A stretch of DNA of 63,762 nt, the filler included, from Octopus bimaculoides (Eukaryota): NCBI RefSeq assembly GCF_001194135.2. It is 5 parts of 5 records of this genome, joined end to end, with 100 filler letters (N's around TTAATTAATTAA, not from the genome) between each part and the next. Parts side by side here need not be neighbours in the genome. Positions count along the whole stretch, not along the records: positions 40,830 to 57,628 come from NC_068981.1; positions 57,729 to 62,156 come from NC_068991.1; positions 62,257 to 63,762 come from NC_069007.1; 2 more parts are not named here. One strand, 5' to 3'. Under the pieces are notes generated by a model. The model saw only the letters and a program-made list of their open reading frames with translations. It ran no database searches and was not told the origin of the DNA. Positions 55,860-63,762 of the stretch are shown one piece after another (the stretch's first letter is position 1; every line of letters starts with the position of its first letter). The translations under genes and the position numbers were made by a program.

Positions 55860-55980
55860 AAGACCCAATTATTAATGTGAGTCAAAAAGCACAACATCTG
55901 GACCACTAAGTTTGATGCCTGGATGGGGTACCATGTTCTTGAGCAATAAACTTCATTTCCCATTGTACCAATCTACTCAC

Positions 55981-56028
55981 CTGAAACAAAAACCAGCCTA
56001 GTGCTGGTGCATCCCTCACTCCCTCTAG
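55981..56028 (-). CDS. RXR: Candidate 48-nt alternative cassette exon of RXR (T-box insertion)
   Basis: Minus strand tttacag|CTAGAGGGAGTGAGGGATGCACCAGCACTAGGCTGGTTTTTGTTTCAG|gtgagt. Phase 1-1, no stop; adds ARGSEGCTSTRLVFVS before AVQEER. No transcript evidence. Confidence 0.45.
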
Positions 56029-57164
56029 CTGTAAACATACTAGATTTTGCAAGGTGAAAGTTAGAAGGGTTGAGAAAGTGTTAATGACTGCTAGTGACTA
56101 CATGGGCACCAAAAATAAGTGGTGAAAGTGTGGTCCAGCAGAAAGATAGGCAAGGAATAAAACTATTTAAATACCACAAACATTTTGACCAAATTTAAAT
56201 GTAAAAGAGAAATAACAAACTGGGACATACAGACTTTTTCCAGAGTATTGGCAACATTAATGATTCCAAGCGAAAAATGGAACTAACTTATTAAACCCTA
56301 GACAGGGATAGAATTAAATGTGAACAGAAATTCTCAAGTAATGCCTCAATTTAATTTTCAAATTGTGTAATTTCAACACTGTTCCATTAACAAAACACTG
56401 CAGTCCTATGATGTATAATCATTATCTTTTATATCACTAATGTATCATAAAAAAAAAAAAAAACTAATGTACAAACAATTTCATTTATTATACAATATCT
56501 TTACAGACTTTATGTAGATGCATTATTCTTTGCAACGATATGTTTCTATTCAGTCTTCACCAACTCTGACCTTAGTTGCAGTAAAAAAAAAAAAAAAAGC
56601 AGGAAATTCATTCTCATGCATGTTGGGACTTAAGTTTTAATTCAATATGTTGGCAATTATTTAGTATGTATTCCAGATGCCACTACAAATAGGAAGGAAG
56701 GCAATAAGGTTGCAAACGGAGTTGACTTCTCCATGTTGCTTCTGCATTTCACGTCCATATTAACAACACATCCATAAGACATATAATCTGGTCATACACA
56801 TAGATTTATTATATACGTGATTTTTTGTTAGAACTGATTATTCATTTTGAATGAAATATAAAGCCAATGTGATTAAGCGGACCTAGGATTGAATTTCTCT
56901 ACCGTGTAAATGGCACTGGCAACTTAAGTTAAAAGTCTCTCACTCACATTGACAAAAACACCTTCAATTATATCAATTTGCCTCTTCAATAATACTCAAG
57001 CCATAGTAGGTCAATAAACATTGCCCTACAAAATAAACATCACATTCATCCATCAAAGAATGAACCTATCATTCTCAACCTGCTAAAAATAGTTAAATCA
57101 CATGAACAACCTGTTGACTTAGTGTCTTTAGCCTATCTATTTCTATCATGCAAATAGTGGCCCA

Positions 57165-57264
57165 TTAAACATACCTATATATACCTACACGCACACATAT
57201 ATATATATATACATACACACACATAGGTATACATATATATCCATACACATATATAAATATATAG

Positions 57265-57326
<62 letters not shown>

Positions 57327-57628
57327 ATATACATACATACAAACACATATACATACATACACATACATATATACACATATACACATACATATATACACAT
57401 ACATATATACACATACATATATACACATACATATATACATACATACATATACACATATATACATACATACATATACATACATACATATACATACATACAC
57501 ACACACACACATATATATACATACATATATACATACACATACATATATATACATACATATATACATACACATACATATATATACATACATATATACATAC
57601 ACATACATATATATACACACATATATAC
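57165..57628. repeat. Compound (TA)n/(CATA)n/(CA)n microsatellite
   Basis: Read directly; source of the YIYI/CMYV ORFs. Confidence 0.95.
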
Positions 57629-57728
57629 NNNNNNNNNNNNNNNNNNNNNNNNNNNNNNNNNNNNNNNNNNNNTTAATTAATTAANNNNNNNNNNNNNNNN
57701 NNNNNNNNNNNNNNNNNNNNNNNNNNNN
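57629..57728. other. Artificial scaffold join
   Basis: 44 N + TTAATTAATTAA + 44 N. Confidence 0.97.
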
Positions 57729-57857
57729 AGAGAGAGAGAGAGGGAGGGAGAGAAAAAGAGAGAGAGAGGAGGTAGCGAGACAGGGAGTGATGGAGAGAGG
57801 GAGGTAGAAAGAAAGGAGGGGAGAGAGAAAGTGTTTGTGCACGCGAGTTTGTGTGTT

Positions 57858-57898
<41 letters not shown>

Positions 57899-57920
57899 GT
57901 TTGCATATATGCATGCTTGT

Positions 57921-59310
57921 CATTATTCGGTTTTATTTCAAGATTTCTTGCCAGTAAAGAAGGAACCGGTTTCTAATCTTGATCCTACATCATTGGAATT
58001 ATGTGTGTATATATGTATGTATGTACATATGTATGTATGTATGTATGTATATATGTACATATGTATGCATGTATGTATGTATGTATGTATGTATGTATAT
58101 GTGCACATTTGTAAGTTTTCTTTTATGCATGTATTCCCATGCATATAGTTGCATGTCTAGACATGCTTATATATAATTAAATGATAAACTTCTGGAATGT
58201 TTTACATATCTTTACATATCCAGTGATGACTTGGATTTGTAGTCTTCAAATAAGCTTTCTCCGTTTTTGTTTTAGAAGTCTAATTTCTCAAGATTGGTAT
58301 TTGAGCAGTTTGTTACACATCCCAGTGCCCAAACAATAACCGGTATAAGCCTGAACTTGATTCTGCAGGTTCCTTACTAGTTCAGCCTAGGTATTTTCTT
58401 TTTCACTGGTCTCTAACTTTATGTTCACATCCTCAGAGCAGCTGATTTTCACAACAGTACACAGTTTCTCTTCTCTATCGCAAATTACTATCATGTTTAT
58501 TATGTTTACATTTTATTGAGGTTTTCGCTGGAACAGTCCATCAGTACTTCTTTTTATTTTGAGTGGCTATAGCTTCTACTATACTGTAGGCTCTCATTTC
58601 TTTGGTTTCAGAGTTATCCCTCCCACGGATCTCATTATAGAGTGTCCAAGCTACAACACCATGTCTCATCGGTAGATAATATAGTGATGACATCTTATGT
58701 TGATGACAACTGCTTATGATGTAGGTAATATCTTTGGTGTTAACTCCACAAAGTATCCATCTGTTATCACATTTTGCTGATTTTTCTGCGTCTCTGTCCC
58801 TTTTGTGCATCAGGTATTTGGTTGATGTTTCTTGTTCCTGGATGGCAAACATATAACCTTCAAAGTGGGAGGTTGTAATCCGGTTGTTGATCCATGATAG
58901 ACTGTTTTGATGATCAATATTACTATCATCTCTGATCTTTCTGCTAATATATCCATGCAGAGTCTTCTGCTGATATACACTCATTTTTTCATCTGATGAT
59001 ACGTGCGGTAGAGTCGTGCGACTTCTTTGGACATGTATTTAAGGTTATCAGGTGAGGAATGCTTCTCAAGGAGCTGCTTTCCAAGTCTCATGATGATATC
59101 AGTCTCATGATGATATCAGTCTCATGATGATATCAGTCTCATGATGATATCAGTCTCATGTATGCAAACTTGGTCAGGCGATGCGCTACGACACTTGGTG
59201 ATTACAAGATGTTACCAAAGGTATATGACACGACATACAAAGGCATTTTGGATCGATGTTAAGCCTTTGCCGCCTTCTTTTCATTTTAGATAGAGGCAGT
59301 CTACATTACT
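57921..59310 (-). mobile_element. 5'-truncated R4/Dong-like LINE (RT thumb, zinc knuckle, RLE endonuclease, 3' UTR)
   Basis: LYLK*KEGGKGLTSIQNAF, KTLHG, FAIQEQ, (W)ILCGVNTKDITYIISSC (degenerate CCHC knuckle) and MRHGVVA. The 3' end is gaaatcttgaaataaaaccgaataatg. Confidence 0.85.
59084..59160. repeat. Perfect 17-bp tandem repeat, 4.5 copies of AGTCTCATGATGATATC
   Basis: Units start at 59084, 59101, 59118 and 59135, with a partial at 59152; there are no spacers. Confidence 0.97.
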
Positions 59311-59705
59311 GTTGGTGTGGAAATTATGTGTGCTTATTAGAACACATAAAGCTGAAAATCAGTGAAAAAGAGACCACCTATGCTGAACCATTGAGAAATC
59401 TGCAGTTACTATCCAGATTACAAATTCAGGTTTATACCTGTAATTATTGGGGCCTGGGATATGTAACACACTGCCTAAATACTAATCTTGAGAAATTAGG
59501 CTTCTCAAAACCAGAAAGGAGAAAGCTAATTCGAAGACTACAGATCCAGTCCATCACTGGATCTGTAAAAATCTGTAAAACCTTCCAAAAAGTTTATCAT
59601 TTAAATATATATGAGCATGTCTAGAAATGTAACAATATGCATAAGAATACATACATAAGACATACAAATCTGCACATACATACATGCATGCATACATACA
59701 TACAT

Positions 59706-59756
<51 letters not shown>

Positions 59757-60130
59757 TGCATACATATATACATACAAACAAGCAAACAAAAATACCCTGT
59801 TGCTGATGTTGAAATTCCACTGAAGGAACCTTGGATCTAGGTTAGAAACCGGTTCTTTCTCTATAGACAAGAAATCTTGAAATAAACTGAATAATGACAT
59901 CCATACACACTGCCCAAATACGAATTTTGGGAAATTAGGCTTCTCAAAACCAGAAAGGAGAAACATGATTCGAAAATTACAGATTGAAGCCGTCACTGGA
60001 ATTAAAAACTGTAAAACTTTCCACAAGTTTGTCATTTAAGTATATATATGAGTATGTCTAGACATGCAACTATATGCGGAAAATTACACGCATAAAACAA
60101 AACATCCAAATCTGCACATATACATACATA
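59305..60130 (+). mobile_element. Two tandem 5'-truncated 3' ends of the same R4/Dong-like LINE family
   Basis: 59305-59897 reads IKLKISEKETTYAEPLRNLQLL...LEKLGFSKPERRKLIRRLQIQSITGSVKICKTF, then a UTR ending gaaatcttgaaataaactgaataatg. 59898-60130 repeats the KLGFSKPERR segment and part of the UTR. Confidence 0.85.
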
Positions 60131-60420
60131 CAGCATTACTGGCTCAAGTAACTGACCACTGTCCTCCTACTACGACTATAGTAAATACCAGGTACAACCG
60201 CAACGATTATTGTAGTAGTAGTGGTAGTCAGGATTATATACCGGTGAAACGTGCCCTTACTGAAATTTTCTGAAAAATAATAACTTTGACTTTGAAGTAC
60301 TCTCTCGAGGAGAGCATATTTTCTACCAAAGTAAGGAAAAAAAACCCACTAGATACGGTATAAAAAGTTCTTAACGAAATTGGTGATGAGTATTTACAGC
60401 GGTGTGAGGAACCCACATAC
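60130..60420 (+). mobile_element. N-terminal fragment of the R4/Dong-like LINE
   Basis: Colinear with the reverse complement of about 20450-20710 (LLAQVTDHCPPTT vs LLAKVTNHCLPTT; gttaacgaaattgg). Confidence 0.75.
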
Positions 60421-60459
60421 TGATAAATCAGTGCCTGTCTATATGCTCTGGCTATTACT

Positions 60460-61390
60460 GAAGTTTTCTGAAGACGTTTAGCTTCTCACCATACTTCTAC
60501 ACAAAGACACCATCTTCTGTTATATATTTACATGTTCTTTTACGGAAATGAAAGTAACTGAGAATTCTGTTTCAAGAAAGTTAATCCATGTCATTTGCGC
60601 ACAGCTTTTCAAATGTAATTAGTAGCACTAACAATTTACATCAACATAATTACAACAAACGTTTTTTAGACCCACTTCAGAGAAAAAGATACACGTGCTG
60701 GAAGAGCATATACAGGAAAACCCAAAGTAATGAACTTAACAAACACACATATTTATCAAAACTAAAAAGAAAAACAACATAAAGCACTAAAAAGAATATT
60801 GACAAATGTGAAATTATATCCAACAACAACAGAAACAAGAATTAAAAGATGCGGGCGTCCAAACTGAGGAATTTGCTTCAGCCTATTGGGAAGTTCGGAA
60901 TTCTAGTTCAAATAAGGAGAGAGATTCACAGTTCAGACTGATTTTACTAGGGCATCCAAAAATTCAATTTATATAAATTGTCCAGGATGTGGGCAGAATT
61001 ATTTAGACCGAAGAAGGATGTGCCTTATATGGAGAACTGCACATCATGTGGACAAATACTATTTGAGCGAACACATAGAGAGATGTGCGAGCAATCTCCA
61101 ACCAAACTTCACTGTTTTCCCTTTTTTACCAGTGCAAGGAGCTAATTTCTGTACAACAACGGTAAAATAAAGAGAAAATATTTATTGTAAAATAACCAAA
61201 CACTTAGATCAGTTGTTAGAAGTTAAATATGTCTCATATATAACAGACCTGATCTAAAAGATTTATATCAAAATTTCTGAAGACGTTTAGCTACTCACCA
61301 TACTTCTATACGAATGTCACCACCTCTAAGCTATATAGTACAGAGTTCTTTTAAGAAAATAAAAGTAACTGAAAATTCCGTTTTATTAAA
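60460..61390 (+). mobile_element. Penelope-like GIY-YIG remnant flanked by ~115-bp direct repeats
   Basis: KALKRILTNVKLY...RCGRPN*GIC...NCPGCGQNY...LSEHIERCA is homologous to 15108-15600. The repeat ttctgaagacgtttagct(t/a)ctcaccatacttcta...aaagtaactga occurs at about 60465-60575 and 61273-61385. Confidence 0.8.
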
Positions 61391-61795
61391 ACAAATGATT
61401 TGACGGGCAACACTTGTTTTCTTAACGAAACACTTTCAAACTTGGGTCGCTGGTAGAATGTGTCATACAAAACAACTTTTTCTCTTAGCCTTCTTAACAA
61501 AAAATTGTACATCGCAAGTTATTTCATGTTAAAGTTGTCGTATTTCTGTAATTTCAACCAATCACTGACGTCTATTCAGCTGAATACAGTCAGTGCTCTT
61601 TTTATAAACAATAAATTTTGGCCGGTCATAAAAATGTTATTCCCTGTGATATATTTCATCCGGTTTAATCGTAATTTATACGCATATATTGTTTATATAA
61701 TAAATAACGCTGTGCGTAACTGTGTGTGTAACAATTTTTCGCTAGTATTCAGTAACACATTTTCTAAATGATGGTAGAGTTTGATTTGAAGAAGA

Positions 61796-61925
61796 ACTAG
61801 AGTTCGGGTTCTAGAGTTAGGGTTAGTTTTAGGGTGACGGTTAGGGTTATGATTATTTTTGCCATAACCTCACTCATAACCCTAACCCTAACCCTAACTC
61901 TAAAACCCGAACCCTAACCCTAAAC
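61796..61925. repeat. Head-to-head degenerate telomere-like repeat (TTAGGG then CCCTAA)
   Basis: gagttagggttagttttagggtgacggttagggttatg...cataaccctaaccctaaccctaactctaaaacccgaaccctaaccctaa; the arms are mutually inverted. Confidence 0.85.
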
Positions 61926-62156
61926 TAGAGTTTGATTTGAAGAAGATTTGGCTGCTATTTCTAGGAAATAAAGCACTTGGTGGAGGTGCATTAATAATTC
62001 TGCCAGCTCCAATAACAAGTGCAGGCAATATTCAAGTATTTTGATGGCTTTTTCCCCTTTGTTTACGAACAGTCTAGTTAATCGGAAATGTCAGAACTAA
62101 CGGGGATTAATACCATATACACCGTCACAGCACACACACACACACTCGTATACTTA

Positions 62157-62256
62157 NNNNNNNNNNNNNNNNNNNNNNNNNNNNNNNNNNNNNNNNNNNN
62201 TTAATTAATTAANNNNNNNNNNNNNNNNNNNNNNNNNNNNNNNNNNNNNNNNNNNN
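62157..62256. other. Artificial scaffold join
   Basis: 44 N + TTAATTAATTAA + 44 N. Confidence 0.97.
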
Positions 62257-62389
62257 CTCTATATATTAGATTGGCAACTAAGTTCCCACTGTCTTTTTGA
62301 ATTTTGGAATTTATTGCGTTTTTAAATTTTGGAATCTATTTGTTTCGAGAATTCTATTTTTGAATTCTATTTTTGCGTATGTATATGTA

Positions 62390-62580
62390 TGTGTTTATCC
62401 TCAAACACCACTTGAGAACCAGAGTTAGTTTGTTTGCGTCCCCGTAGCTTGACGGTTCGGCAAAATAGGCCGATAGAAAAAGTGCCAGGCTTTAAAACAT
62501 AAACACTATAAGTATTAGGATCGATTCGTTCAACTAAAACCCATTCGGGGCTGTGCTCCAGCATGGCCGCAGTCCAGTGA
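62390..62580 (+). mobile_element. SINE family A, 3' half
   Basis: gtccccgtagcttgacggttcggcaaaataggccgatagaa...gtgctccagcatggccgcagtc. Confidence 0.8.
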
Positions 62581-63421
62581 CAAAAGACAGTCCAGGGAAA
62601 AATAACAGATATGTCACGTTTGGAACCCTCGACGTCGTAAGCGACGGAGTGCCAACAACAACATATACGGTGCTCAGGTGAATCCTACAAAAAGGGTTAG
62701 AAGAGAGGACAGAAAGAGTAATAAGTTAAAAGAAGCAAGAGAGAATGGATGGGTGATGCGGAAGATTTTCTTCTTTTTCTATGGTTAACCCTAACTATTA
62801 AACTTTTTACTACAGAAATCAGATATATTCACTCAAAATTTCATTACTCTAAACTGCAAAAAGCAATCTTATGTGTCTATCTAACTTTTGTTGAGAAATG
62901 TCATGTCTGAAAGAATTTTCTGTTGAGATATATCGAGTTTATTTCGGCAACGTGAGTTACAGGAAAAAACAATTCTATTTGAAATTATCAATGGAATAAC
63001 CATAGAATTTAATTTTGCAGCTAAAAGCTTAAATCAACTCCAGTACTTAACTATTACTTATATAAACCAATAAAGGAGCCACTAAGTAGTCTTAATCTTC
63101 TATTATAATTACATTCACCCCTAAGATGTTTTATAGGAAAATTAAGTCTTTTACTGCCGTAATCAGATATACATCCACACAAGATTTTATTACACTTGAC
63201 TACAGAAAACAGTTTTATATCGTAATCTATCTTTTATTGAGGAATATCATGTTTGAAATCATTTTCTCTTGAAATATATCAAGTTTACTAAGGCAACGTG
63301 ACTTGCAGAAAATACCAATTCTATTTGGTAGATATTTAACATCATTACTGGAACAATAATGAAATTTAATTCAGCACCTAAAGGGTAAATGAATCTTTCT
63401 CTTTTAATCTTTTCTTTCAAG

Positions 63422-63639
63422 CTATCGAACAGTGTGATGACGTCAACAAAATAATTGGTTTAAGTACGTTTGATGACGAAGGAAGCCCTTACTACGATGT
63501 GTTCGGCGCCGAGTGGAGATCCGTATGTGGCAAACAGGCTGGAACTGTACTAGGAAACGGGACCAGGCGAAACCCTTATAAAATTTTGGTCAATATATAC
63601 AAAGGGCCGGCCTTTCAGGAACCTCAGTGCGGTGTTAAG
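63422..63639 (+). CDS. Candidate internal exon of an unidentified, probably secreted protein (possibly ZP-N-like)
   Basis: A long pyrimidine tract plus AG (tctttctcttttaatcttttctttcaag) and the donor AAG|gtaatg enclose 218 nt, phase 1 to 0. All 72 codons are open: IEQCDDVNKIIGLSTFDDEGSPYYDVFGAEWRSVCGKQAGTVLGNGTRRNPYKILVNIYKGPAFQEPQCGVK. It is markedly GC-richer than its flanks. The product call is only a resemblance. Confidence 0.7.
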
Positions 63640-63717
63640 GTAATGTTTGGCGGATCCATATTTCTTTGTTTGTTTGGACAAGTTCATTCTTCATTTTTAA
63701 TCAGTGAAGCTCGTTGC

Positions 63718-63762
<45 letters not shown>

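Noticed and set aside
59084-59160. 17-bp repeats as a CRISPR-like array
   Set aside because: Contiguous tandem units with no spacers, inside a eukaryotic LINE, and no cas genes.
62786-63390. Two diverged ~250-bp tandem segments with TTAACCC / GGGTAAA-like ends (piggyBac-type MITE?)
   Set aside because: The similarity is visible but the termini are too decayed to assign a family or boundaries.

Overview
AT-rich, microsatellite-dense animal genomic DNA, inferred to be Octopus from its SINE families, its repeats and a molluscan-type RXR exon. It is not one contiguous read. Four artificial 100-bp joins (44 N + TTAATTAATTAA + 44 N) split it into five pieces (1-25248, 25349-40729, 40830-57628, 57729-62156, 62257-63762), and about 13 more N gaps occur, mostly beside microsatellites. 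The only securely identified host-gene sequence is one 149-nt retinoid X receptor (RXR) coding exon (50804-50952, minus; T-box, hinge and LBD helix 1). Two unannotated candidate exons lack an ATG or are too short for the ORF track: a 48-nt frame-preserving cassette that would insert 16 aa into the RXR T-box (55981-56028, minus), and a 218-nt fully open exon of an unknown, probably secreted protein (63422-63639, plus). The rest is mostly decayed mobile DNA: Penelope-like elements of two types, R4/Dong-like and RTE LINEs, mariner/Tc1, hAT and SINEs. There are also several hammerhead-ribozyme motifs and a head-to-head TTAGGG/CCCTAA insert. The RXR-bearing piece is strongly CpG-depleted relative to its neighbours. 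I see no convincing new multi-gene system; the best leads are the two candidate exons, the hammerheads and the CpG boundary. All family assignments come from manual translation and motif recognition, not database searches, and the boundaries of decayed elements are approximate.
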